Below, in pieces: positions 46,601 to 54,699 of a stretch of 64,000 nt of DNA. The stretch comes from Candidatus Gastranaerophilales bacterium. Lineage in GTDB: Bacteria > Cyanobacteriota > Vampirovibrionia > Gastranaerophilales > Gastranaerophilaceae. Made by a program: the position numbers and the translations under genes. The notes beneath the pieces were generated by a model. The model did no database searches. It was not told where the DNA came from and worked only from the letters and a program-made list of their open reading frames with translations. The stretch is from the NCBI GenBank assembly GCA_944324255.1, contig CALUVM010000009.1, positions 211-64,210 on the forward strand. Direction: 5' to 3'. How positions within the stretch are numbered: position 1 is the stretch's first letter; the number at the start of each line of letters is the position of its first letter.

Positions 46601-49401
46601 ATAATAAATTCCAGAACGGAAACTTCACCGACAGAATTTTGAATGATATGGTTTTAAAAGAAAAACCTGACCTGACCAGAAATAAAATATACAAAAAATT
46701 AAAACATGTCGATAACAACCTTAATAACCTTCCTCAAATGTCAGGCATTATTCTGGAAGGATATTCTCCGAATACAAAATCAATTGCAGCAGAAATCCAC
46801 GATGCAATGTTTATTCCGTCACTTTCATTGATGGGGAAATTGGAAAAACTTGCAAAAGAACTTTCTCCGGAAGAAGTAAAAAATTTAATCAAACAAACCG
46901 AAACCGCTGCTACAGGATGGGAAAAAACTTATAATAACCTTCAAAAGAGATTGTATTCACCTTTTGAGAAGAAAATTCAAACAAAAGAAGATTATGACAA
47001 ACTGCCTGATAATGACTATTTAAAAGTTGTGCTTGAAAAAGTCGCACTTAAATGGAATTATCAGATAAACGGGCTTGAAAATGAACTTGCAAAAGTAAAA
47101 AATACCAAAGACTTATCAAAGTTCCGTTCTGCACAAAAAAACAGAGCTATTAATAGTTTTAAATATGCCTTTTTTAAGGATATTAACGCTATAGATTTTG
47201 TCTGCAACGAGTTTGGAGATAGCGAATACGATAAAATCGATAACATTCTTGATAAATACAACATTAAATTGACCAATAAAGAACTTTATTCAATCGTGAC
47301 AAATTTCGAGCTGGGAACGGAAGATTTTGACGGAAGTGTTAAAAATACTGTTAAACTATTCCTTGACAGTATCAAATCCGATTTGGATAAAGTAGTTGCT
47401 AATGAAGAAGCTAAAAAAGAAATCCTTAATATCTACAAAGAGTTCTTTGAAAAAACAGCTTATTTTAATAACAAAGACATTGCTGACGGAAACCTCAAAA
47501 ATATAATTAATTTTATTGATCGTGAATATTCTCCTAATGATGATGAAGAATTAGTAAATATATACAGAAAACTTCAAGACATGACCACAGAGGAATTCAA
47601 AAAAGAAGTTTTATCCAAGGTTAATAATAAAGATCTCGGAATTAAAAACTATACGGGCTATGACATTTTGAAAAAACTGCAGCGTTATGAAAGCAGTGCC
47701 GATACAGCTTTTATGAATACCATTTATTATGATACATTCTACGCTAACTACGGACAAACCGATTTCAAAAAAGCTTATCGTTACAAACGCTTCGCAAGAG
47801 AAGCTATGTATAATAATAAATATAATGTCAGCTCAATATACAGAGAAATGGCTTATGATTTATCATATCTAACCCTGCCTAAACTCTTTAACAAATATAA
47901 AGACCGCAATCTTGATAAATACGGCGCCTATCCAGCATATCCAAAACTTGAATACTTAAATGAAGATTCTCTCGGATACTCATATAACTCCTTCATAGAC
48001 TCCCTTGACTATAAATACGAAGCTATTAAAGCTTTGCAAGACCAGATAAAATCTTATGAACTTGCAAATCAGCTGTTAAATTATTTAAAGAAATATGATA
48101 ACAGCAAACCCGTTACCGGAGTTCTATACAGGAATTTAAACCTAATCTTCGGCAGCCTCATTTTGAATGCCGATGACAATGACCCGGTAATGGAACCGCT
48201 GATTGATGCGGCGGAAAAGGCAATGGAACTGGGAAAAGGATCTTTATTTAATGAATATAAGCCTTATATTAATACAATAATATCCACAATAGAAGAACTT
48301 AAAAATACAACATCAAAAGAAGCTCTGGAAAATGCTCTCAGAGTTGAAAAAAATTCGCTGCACGAAACTATAAAAGTTTTTGCAAAGAGCCTTATTCAAG
48401 AAAAATACAGAGATGATGTAATTTCTATTGCAAATAAATATATACAGGCACTTATTAAATACAAAAACGAAGATATAGAAACCCTGCCTGACGAACTTTA
48501 TGAGGCTTTCTCTAAATATCATATTTTAAGAAACCCGAAAGAACTGTTGGAAGCTTATATTCTGTCAGTTGCAAAAGATTCTCCTGACAGCAAGTATCTT
48601 GAAACCTACAGGACACTCATGACAAGGGGGCTGCAATATGCACAGCTGGCAAATATTCAAGATATATTAATGGGAGCAGTTTCAAAAGGGGTGGAAACCA
48701 GTGTAAAAGATATGTTTAAAAACTACAAGCTTCACAATGCCTATGGTGAAGAAACATCTATGAACTCTAAGGATATTCTTGCACAGATGATTCATAAGCT
48801 CATCATTGATAACGAAAGAGAAACCGCTCTTATGTTCATTGACAAACTTGGCATAGGAGAAGATTATATCAAATATCTTTCAGAATCGATAGACTTTGAT
48901 AATCTAAAGAATATACTCAAAGAAGCTTTTGATACCGCTAACAACTTCAACGCCTTTACACAGGAATCGGAAACTTATCTTGACGAAGCCAGAGAACTTT
49001 CTATTGAAGAAGAAAATTATGAACAAATTCTTGACCTTGCTAAAAACAAAATACTCAGAACAGCAAAAAAACATAAAATTAACAACAAAGAAATTCTCCC
49101 GCTTATCAATGCATTAGATGCCATTAAAAAGGTCTATGCAGACCATCCGGACGGAAACAGACAAGTTCTGTTTGATTCAGTTATGATGAGTGCCAAAGAA
49201 CAAACAACAAGTCTTGCAACCACTAAGGTTAATAATTTAAATCTTATTCTAAACTCAAATGCAACTATTCTTGACCTTGTAAATCAACTTCTTCTTAAAG
49301 AAGATTCCGAGGCTAATAAGCTCAGAACCGAAATGAATGAAAAATTTAAGAAACTGATTGAATACAAGAGCAGTCTTTCTAATTTGCAACAAGAAGAATA
49401 A
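43630..49401 (+). CDS. giant 1923-aa mostly helical protein with a putative split papain-like (clan CA) cysteine peptidase core
   Basis: SD aagagg. NQKQHGMCAAISIV (Q226/C232), GWHAQYIADI (H927), FHDNSWGAS...GGSLGYI (D955/N956). Hydrophobic segment at about residues 85-104. Confidence 0.75.
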   Translation: MKVESIHSKANIKFGSKRTARNITEQLAKNNQYSLTEPNQRQITNSIKELAKVPGEKNVNFLLDTASKVKYSTNIKLKNAPKHNWKNLLLAAATTAALITPAILKDSFNKKINEIQNNKNLSNEEKEILNLRKNLLKSADLKQIKKETVGSIKDFEANLDYFIVSSETTTEHKKYVLEKLNYFMSDDYQINPQLKDKKSIALAEIVNDMALNSPEENIPNIKAVNQKQHGMCAAISIVRKKLAYEDKPNYIDAILSELDSTPYLTVYDRNKLFSKEKIQVQKVPVDFETALANGYRIIDASTMHWMQVAQMSGSSSLAYDEYRPFDKENFDVNKDAFYNVGFDDPKLQKTQNYFQALKKAESVLADLKANYLKKEEINSDKRNRFNKRISTLRQINESLSRNIASLDTGLSANEIQTLLSGILKLNKHFSDKINPDDKFSYIPNEETSVKKNKIKGYIIENSSIKDIPDEILDKIYDFVEFHSSLQGNPANKNKAITEARSLYNAAAAFRYQMIKGLDEETMLAGFIRSEGLKNKESLLLDTVDTAMYKIDTDSEDSNAIIENLLTVFDLKNPSKENVLALLGELKDSINTILTDELDSIYEKLTIPGGRRGALITQLEGIKNQALAGDKESGYALKEILNIKKHSDIEEAVRDLQTDISNCDDESFLEIFDNLHNVSQIENIENTFNNLIQAMNGENQQEIISRFAEVNNIAEGLSEDLLNQILNEIGTQIQTYKNFIENLYKVFTVTDKDGEIIISPNPKDIIIKKWENEKTIIPAKDLKELQEHFTKISKDRSQDEFSTRQGKLHDKSLYQFSSNEKATLNEIKKNINPMFSYIQKQIPAVQKELKEPLEELKRIVGLHNGSYWVREEGHSGLTSEEEVRVLEYMTGRPHYETTDLRFAMEKIKNSPYSGISSSSVYDDAMGWHAQYIADIRPVKIKNKEGKEEEKEVLFHDNSWGASEYENTWVDSNGLTRTDYSDNRGGSLGYITNNKFQNGNFTDRILNDMVLKEKPDLTRNKIYKKLKHVDNNLNNLPQMSGIILEGYSPNTKSIAAEIHDAMFIPSLSLMGKLEKLAKELSPEEVKNLIKQTETAATGWEKTYNNLQKRLYSPFEKKIQTKEDYDKLPDNDYLKVVLEKVALKWNYQINGLENELAKVKNTKDLSKFRSAQKNRAINSFKYAFFKDINAIDFVCNEFGDSEYDKIDNILDKYNIKLTNKELYSIVTNFELGTEDFDGSVKNTVKLFLDSIKSDLDKVVANEEAKKEILNIYKEFFEKTAYFNNKDIADGNLKNIINFIDREYSPNDDEELVNIYRKLQDMTTEEFKKEVLSKVNNKDLGIKNYTGYDILKKLQRYESSADTAFMNTIYYDTFYANYGQTDFKKAYRYKRFAREAMYNNKYNVSSIYREMAYDLSYLTLPKLFNKYKDRNLDKYGAYPAYPKLEYLNEDSLGYSYNSFIDSLDYKYEAIKALQDQIKSYELANQLLNYLKKYDNSKPVTGVLYRNLNLIFGSLILNADDNDPVMEPLIDAAEKAMELGKGSLFNEYKPYINTIISTIEELKNTTSKEALENALRVEKNSLHETIKVFAKSLIQEKYRDDVISIANKYIQALIKYKNEDIETLPDELYEAFSKYHILRNPKELLEAYILSVAKDSPDSKYLETYRTLMTRGLQYAQLANIQDILMGAVSKGVETSVKDMFKNYKLHNAYGEETSMNSKDILAQMIHKLIIDNERETALMFIDKLGIGEDYIKYLSESIDFDNLKNILKEAFDTANNFNAFTQESETYLDEARELSIEEENYEQILDLAKNKILRTAKKHKINNKEILPLINALDAIKKVYADHPDGNRQVLFDSVMMSAKEQTTSLATTKVNNLNLILNSNATILDLVNQLLLKEDSEANKLRTEMNEKFKKLIEYKSSLSNLQQEE

Positions 49402-49403
49402 TT

Positions 49404-49412
49404 TGATAAAAT
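49404..49412 (+). promoter_or_regulatory. extended -10 promoter TGaTAAAAT placed 6 nt before the TrmB-like gene ATG (leaderless candidate)
   Basis: tttGaTAAAATcaacttATG lies directly after the giant gene's stop. The ATG is at 49419. Confidence 0.5.
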
Positions 49413-49418
49413 CAACTT

Positions 49419-50243
49419 ATGGCAGATTTAGTGGAAAAACTTAAAGAAATAGGCTTCAATTCATATGAAGCAAAGGTGTATATTGCCCTTCTTAAAAAAT
49501 ATCCTATGACAGGCTATGAAACATCAAAATTAGCCAATATCCCGCAAGCCAGAACTTATGACACCCTGAAATCTCTTGAAGAAAAAGGAGTTGTTGCTGC
49601 TGCAAATACAAAACCTGTAACCTATACACCTCTTAAGCCTAAGCAATTGCTGTCAAGCTACCAGCGGAAAATGAACTCCACTATAAACTATCTGGAGAAG
49701 CACCTGCCGGAAGTTAAAGACAGTTATAATGAGCCAATTATAACTATTTCAGGAAAACAAAATATTCAAAATAAAATCCTCGAAGTTATCCAGAATGCTA
49801 AGCGAGAAATTTATATGGAAATCTGGTCACAGGATTTTAAGATTTTTGAACAGGAACTTTTAAACGCATATAACAGAAATGTTGAAATAAGAATTGTAGG
49901 ATATGATAACTTCTCTTCAAAATTCGGTCTTATTTTTGAACACGCTTTTGCAAGAGATATAGAAATGTCCCTCGGCGGCAGGATGGTCATCATAGCCGCT
50001 GATGATTCTGAAGGTATTGTCGGTAAGATTTCATCTTTTAAAAATGACTTATTTGATACAAATATAATCTGGACTCAAAATAAAAGTATCGTTTTTATTA
50101 TAAAAGAATTCATTGTTCATGATATGTACTTAATTGATGTAGAAGAAAACCTCGTTGAGCAGATGAAATACATCTACGGCAAAGGCTTTAAGCGGCTGAA
50201 AGATAAAGTTCTGGGGGCGAATTCACTTTATATGATACATTAA
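49419..50243 (+). CDS. TrmB-family transcriptional regulator
   Basis: The N-terminal winged helix LKEIGFNSYEAKVYIALLKKYPMTGYETSKLANIPQARTYDTLKSLEEKGVV is a typical TrmB HTH. Confidence 0.8.
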   Translation: MADLVEKLKEIGFNSYEAKVYIALLKKYPMTGYETSKLANIPQARTYDTLKSLEEKGVVAAANTKPVTYTPLKPKQLLSSYQRKMNSTINYLEKHLPEVKDSYNEPIITISGKQNIQNKILEVIQNAKREIYMEIWSQDFKIFEQELLNAYNRNVEIRIVGYDNFSSKFGLIFEHAFARDIEMSLGGRMVIIAADDSEGIVGKISSFKNDLFDTNIIWTQNKSIVFIIKEFIVHDMYLIDVEENLVEQMKYIYGKGFKRLKDKVLGANSLYMIH

Positions 50244-51910
50244 ATGAGCTTATATTTCTGTAATAACTCAACAACCGCTTTGATTGCAGCTTTTGTTTTA
50301 TCAATAAAATCTTCAGCCAGAGAAGAGTCAAAATTTCGCTGCAAAACTTTCAGAACATCCGCCTGCATATATTGATAAACAAATACCGACCTTACAATAG
50401 AGGACACCAGAGCCGGAGAAAATACGCCTTTTGAAAGCATAGCAATAATATCGTTAATATGATGAAATTCATCTTGAATAAACTCTTTTAGTTCAAATTT
50501 AAACGGTTCGACATTAGAAATCGGAGAAGTTGAGGAATTACCCCAGAGATTTAACTCTTTAAAAGAACAGTGCTTAACACCATCTATATATGCACCGAAT
50601 GAAGAAAGGTTATAAATCTCTTTATAGTCAAGCTCTCTTACTATTGATTCAATATGATGAATAAATACTTCATAATCTTCTCTTGTGTAAACCCTGCCGC
50701 CATTTACCGATTTTACAGTCACAACATTTTTCTTTTGAGTTCCGACAAGAATCTGTTCGGGAGAAATTCTGTTCATAACTTCACCATCGGCATAGACTAA
50801 ATTGTCTTTAAATGCCAAATCCAAACCTGCGAGTATAATTCTGGAGAAACCGAGTTTAATAGCGGAAATAAGCGCAAGTATAGTTGCAGAACCCCCTGAT
50901 TCATAGAAAATCAGGTCGTTATTAAATTTGGATATTTTATCCATAAGAAAATCTGTATTAGAAAAATTAATAAATACCTTTTTAAACCCGCTGTCCATTA
51001 TGGCAGAATCCGTTCTGATATCCATAATACAGTTCATACGTTCAAAATAGTTTTCAAGTCCGCCCAGTGTTAAATTAATTGAAGCGGCATCAAGGCATAC
51101 GACAAAATCCGGAGTTATTCCGTTTTGCAGCAGGAATTTTAAAGACTTATTTACAGCAAAAATTATAAAACTGTTCCTGTTCGCTTGAATATACTCAATA
51201 TTCTCTTCTAAAGAAGGTCCCGCTCCCGCAATCAATGCAGTTTGTCCTGAAAACTTCTTTTCTAAATCTGACAGCTTGTAGCCGGTTGTTTCATTTACGG
51301 CAGCAATATTTGCCACGGTATTTATAAGCCATCTTTTTGAAAATCTTGTAATAGTATTAATATCTACCATCTTGCTTTTGCAAGTATCATAGACTTTTTG
51401 TGTCAGAAGGAGCAGCTCTCTGTTATGTGAAATTGAATAATTTTTTAGATAAACAATCTCAACTCTGTCTTTAGTAATAAAGACAGTATTGAGTTTCGCA
51501 AGCAGCTCATCTAAATCATTGGTAATATAAACCCTGCCGCTTGCCAGATGCTGAGAAATATCCACATTATTTAATACAAAATGCAAAAAGTTAACATCCG
51601 GCTCATACACAAATATTCTGGATGGATATGTATTAAAAGTTTCATCCAATAAATACCCCAGTCCGATACCAAATGTTATAATAATATCGTTACTATGCAT
51701 CTCATTTTTAATGGTCGCTTTAAGCATCTCACGAATTGCTTCACGAGGGTTATTTAAATCATCAGAAGGAACATCGTCTTTTAAGAGAATGTAGTCATTA
51801 GAAGGTGTAATATAATAAGAAATACCGGCCCTCGACTGTTCAATCGAAATCCGGGAAAGACGCCGCTTTAAAGCCAGGTTGTCTATATACTCCAAGTTTT
51901 TTTCAAACAT
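50240..51910 (-). CDS. Maf-type (motility-associated-factor, DUF115/MptE-like) glycosyltransferase family protein
   Basis: ALIAGAGPSLEENIEYI...IFAVNKSLKFLLQNGITPDFVVCLDA core. Start taken at the ATG at 51910 (MFEKNLEYI), because the ORF-track start at 51982 is a TTG. Confidence 0.7.
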   Translation of the reverse strand: MFEKNLEYIDNLALKRRLSRISIEQSRAGISYYITPSNDYILLKDDVPSDDLNNPREAIREMLKATIKNEMHSNDIIITFGIGLGYLLDETFNTYPSRIFVYEPDVNFLHFVLNNVDISQHLASGRVYITNDLDELLAKLNTVFITKDRVEIVYLKNYSISHNRELLLLTQKVYDTCKSKMVDINTITRFSKRWLINTVANIAAVNETTGYKLSDLEKKFSGQTALIAGAGPSLEENIEYIQANRNSFIIFAVNKSLKFLLQNGITPDFVVCLDAASINLTLGGLENYFERMNCIMDIRTDSAIMDSGFKKVFINFSNTDFLMDKISKFNNDLIFYESGGSATILALISAIKLGFSRIILAGLDLAFKDNLVYADGEVMNRISPEQILVGTQKKNVVTVKSVNGGRVYTREDYEVFIHHIESIVRELDYKEIYNLSSFGAYIDGVKHCSFKELNLWGNSSTSPISNVEPFKFELKEFIQDEFHHINDIIAMLSKGVFSPALVSSIVRSVFVYQYMQADVLKVLQRNFDSSLAEDFIDKTKAAIKAVVELLQKYKLI

Positions 51911-51978
51911 CTCTCTTCCTTCTAATAATTTATAAGTATCATATTTTAGGCAAAAAGTAAAGGATACCGGAGTCAAAA

Positions 51979-52869
51979 TCAACCATTCTCAGTACTTGTC
52001 CCGAGCCTCTTATCAACCGAATTTTCAAAATCCCTAAAAACATCACTGCCGACTAATTGTTCGAGTCTTGAGCGTTTTTCAAAAAACTGACCTCTGGCTT
52101 TCTGCTGTTCATCAAGAGCATCCCTATAAAAAGTATCCGTTATCAATATTACTTCCTTTGAAAGCTTCTGAGAATTTTTATAGTTTCTGTAGCATTTTTC
52201 AACTGTTTCGGACGTCATATCATAAAGCTGCCTTGAGGTCATATAATCATAATACATATCGACAACTTTCTGCTGCAAATCTTCAACTTTTCTGATAAGA
52301 ATAATCATATCGGCATCAGTAACCTGTGTATACTTGTAATTCAAAGCTTTTGAATCCTGTGACATTATGCCTAAAGTATTTCCGCCGATAAGAGCCGCAC
52401 TCGCAAGAACCGGATTTCCCATACCTGCGCCGATAAAGGTTGACATTCCGGCAATTGTTGTAAGAACTTTTTTAACTGCTCCGCTGTCCGGTTTATCTCT
52501 ATCAGGGTTTGATAACTTATATATAGCAAATTTTATTGTATCGCTTTTCATAGCGGCACCCTGCCAGAGGAGAGATAAATCGCTTTGCATTTCGTTATAG
52601 TCTATGTCGATAGATTTTGAAATCTCCATCGCCATCTTTTTTATGCTTAAATCCGCATACGTCAGATTTTGCGTTTCTTTTTGCTCTTCTTTCTGAATAT
52701 TTGGTTTAATAACAGGTTCTATATCATAATTGTATTTTGTTTCAGGCGTATCAGTAGTCCCCATACGGTATAGAATATCTTTAGGCGATTTAACATCCTC
52801 CAGAGTTATAGCCGCTGCATACTGGACAGTCATTAAAAATATTAGACTTAAAGCAATATACTTCTTCAT
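51979..52869 (-). CDS. hypothetical secreted/membrane protein, paralog B of a tandem pair
   Basis: Signal peptide. Shares LSLLWQGAAMKSDTIKFAIYKL, a Gly/Ala-rich hydrophobic segment and a TDADMIILIRKVEDLQ helix with the upstream gene. Confidence 0.65.
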   Translation of the reverse strand: MKKYIALSLIFLMTVQYAAAITLEDVKSPKDILYRMGTTDTPETKYNYDIEPVIKPNIQKEEQKETQNLTYADLSIKKMAMEISKSIDIDYNEMQSDLSLLWQGAAMKSDTIKFAIYKLSNPDRDKPDSGAVKKVLTTIAGMSTFIGAGMGNPVLASAALIGGNTLGIMSQDSKALNYKYTQVTDADMIILIRKVEDLQQKVVDMYYDYMTSRQLYDMTSETVEKCYRNYKNSQKLSKEVILITDTFYRDALDEQQKARGQFFEKRSRLEQLVGSDVFRDFENSVDKRLGTSTENG

Positions 52870-53729
52870 TTTTTCTTCCCTTTCTTCTCAGGGAGCTTAG
52901 TATCGTCTTTATATAACACTGAATTAAAGTCATATTGATACATATCCAGAGAATCTACCGCTTTTTTACCGGCAAGCCGCTGAAGCTGGATATGATACTT
53001 TTTAGCAGACTGCTCAAGACTATATTCCTGAAGCCTCATAGAATCATACAAAGAAGAAGATATAGCAAGCTCAAGCACATCGGAACTATTTGCAGCTTTT
53101 GAATAATTTCTGCTGTACAAAAGCATCTTAGCTCTTGTAGCTTTTAGCTGGGTCAATGTATTTTTGTAGTTATAATAAGAACTGACCAGAGAATCCTGCA
53201 GTTCTTCCACCATACTAGCAAGTTCAATAAGCTCTGTATCAGTGAGCGGAGTTTCCTGCGGTACATTTTTTCTGTTAAGAAGTCCCATTGCAAGCCTGCC
53301 TGCCGAAAAAGCCGAGGTTGAAAGCGTAGGGTCTGCGCCCATTAAATACGGAACGAAAGATGCTCCTGATACAACTGCAGAAAGAGTTTTTGCCATTAAT
53401 GACGAATGAATTCTTCTTTGAGATTCAGGGGTGGCTAACTTTTTGAGCGCAAATTCTATAACTCTGTTATTCTCTACAGTGCCCTGCCAGAGTTTTTCCA
53501 AATCTTTTAAATCGTGTTCTTTCTGTTCTTCTATAATATTCGCTAAAGTTTCCGAATCATTTATCAGAAGTGTACCTTTCAAGGTTGTAGTGTCTTCCGA
53601 TTTCATATACTGGGGCTTTTCTAAATCAGTTTTATCCAGAGTAACCACATCAGATGAAGATGCAAAGACATACCCTGCCGGCATTAGTAATAAAGATAAA
53701 ACTATACTCCCCAACAAACTCTTCTTCAT
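52866..53729 (-). CDS. hypothetical secreted/membrane protein, paralog A of a tandem pair
   Basis: Signal peptide. LEKLWQGTVENNRVIEFALKKL ... TDTELIELASMVEELQ is collinear with the downstream paralog. 4-nt overlap with it. Confidence 0.65.
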   Translation of the reverse strand: MKKSLLGSIVLSLLLMPAGYVFASSSDVVTLDKTDLEKPQYMKSEDTTTLKGTLLINDSETLANIIEEQKEHDLKDLEKLWQGTVENNRVIEFALKKLATPESQRRIHSSLMAKTLSAVVSGASFVPYLMGADPTLSTSAFSAGRLAMGLLNRKNVPQETPLTDTELIELASMVEELQDSLVSSYYNYKNTLTQLKATRAKMLLYSRNYSKAANSSDVLELAISSSLYDSMRLQEYSLEQSAKKYHIQLQRLAGKKAVDSLDMYQYDFNSVLYKDDTKLPEKKGKKK

Positions 53730-53735
53730 ACTATA

Positions 53736-53741
53736 TTTATA
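53736..53741 (-). promoter_or_regulatory. -10 hexamer TATAAA placed 6 nt before the ATG of paralog A (leaderless candidate)
   Basis: The minus strand reads agagTATAAAtatagtATG. No TG extension and no SD. Confidence 0.4.
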
Positions 53742-53807
53742 CTCTAAACTTAAGAAAAAAACAATTTTGATTGGTGAAGCTCAAATGGGAATATTACAAA
53801 ACCAAAT

Positions 53808-53832
53808 GCGAACGGGAGCTATTCCCGTTCGC
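53808..53832 (-). terminator. hairpin terminator after the SIMPL gene
   Basis: gcgaacggga/tcccgttcgc 10-bp stem, 5-nt loop, T-rich tract downstream on the minus strand. Confidence 0.65.
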
Positions 53833-53853
53833 ATTATTCTGGCTGTCAACCGG

Positions 53854-54606
53854 TTATTTTACAAAGAAAGTTGCATTAACATTTGCGTTGATTTTTACAA
53901 CACCGTTAGATATAGTTGTTGCACTTCCTTCAGAAGCAGCAGTGTCTTCTGCAACAGCTGCTAACATATTCTTAGCCATATAAAATCTTGGCGCAGAATA
54001 GTTGTTAGCATTACAGCTTACATCAAATGTTCTTACACCGTCAACCGTTGTTGAAAGAGTTTTAGCGATAACTCCCGCTCTTTTTTGAGCTTTTTCAGAT
54101 GCTATTGAAATTAAATCATTACATTGCGCTTCATAATTAGAAACAGAGAATGTAAGGTTATCAACATTTGTAGCACCTGCAGCTATGGCACTGTCTATCA
54201 TTTTCCCTACTTTATCAATAGATTTTGTATGAACAATTACTCTGTTTGATACTTCGTATCTGTCAAAGTTTTTCTTTGAATTTGTGTAAGTATAAATAGG
54301 AGATGCGCTGAAATCAGCAGTTTTAATATAATCTCCGTTATTTGTATCAATCATTGATTTTAACTGGGCAAAAACTTTATCAGAAATTTCCTTGTTCTGT
54401 GTTGTAGCTTTTTGCATTGACTTAGTATCCGATGTTTGAACCGCAAAGGATATTTCTGCTACATCAGGAGCAACTTCTGTATTTGCAGTTGTGTTAACTG
54501 AAACGTACCCTCTCTCCGGATTGTTTAAAGTAACAGCCTGGCTTGAAAGTGTCGCACAGCCGGCAAATAAGCTTAGTACAGTAATAGCTATTAATGTCTT
54601 TTTCAT
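53854..54606 (-). CDS. SIMPL (DUF541) domain periplasmic protein
   Basis: Lipoprotein-like signal (LFAGC). GYVSVNTTANTEVAPDVAEISFAV...ATTQNKEISDKV is typical of the family. Confidence 0.75.
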   Translation of the reverse strand: MKKTLIAITVLSLFAGCATLSSQAVTLNNPERGYVSVNTTANTEVAPDVAEISFAVQTSDTKSMQKATTQNKEISDKVFAQLKSMIDTNNGDYIKTADFSASPIYTYTNSKKNFDRYEVSNRVIVHTKSIDKVGKMIDSAIAAGATNVDNLTFSVSNYEAQCNDLISIASEKAQKRAGVIAKTLSTTVDGVRTFDVSCNANNYSAPRFYMAKNMLAAVAEDTAASEGSATTISNGVVKINANVNATFFVK

Positions 54607-54684
54607 AAAATTTTCTCCTTCTCACTATCTATATAATCATACCATACATAATATTAACGACAGAAAAGTAAATTTGTTCATTAA

Positions 54685-54693
54685 TGGTATAAT
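54685..54693 (+). promoter_or_regulatory. extended -10 promoter TGgTATAAT placed 6 nt before the ADH ATG (leaderless candidate)
   Basis: tggtataataaaattATG has the same architecture and nearly the same sequence as the mutL promoter. Confidence 0.55.
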
Positions 54694-54699
54694 AAAATT

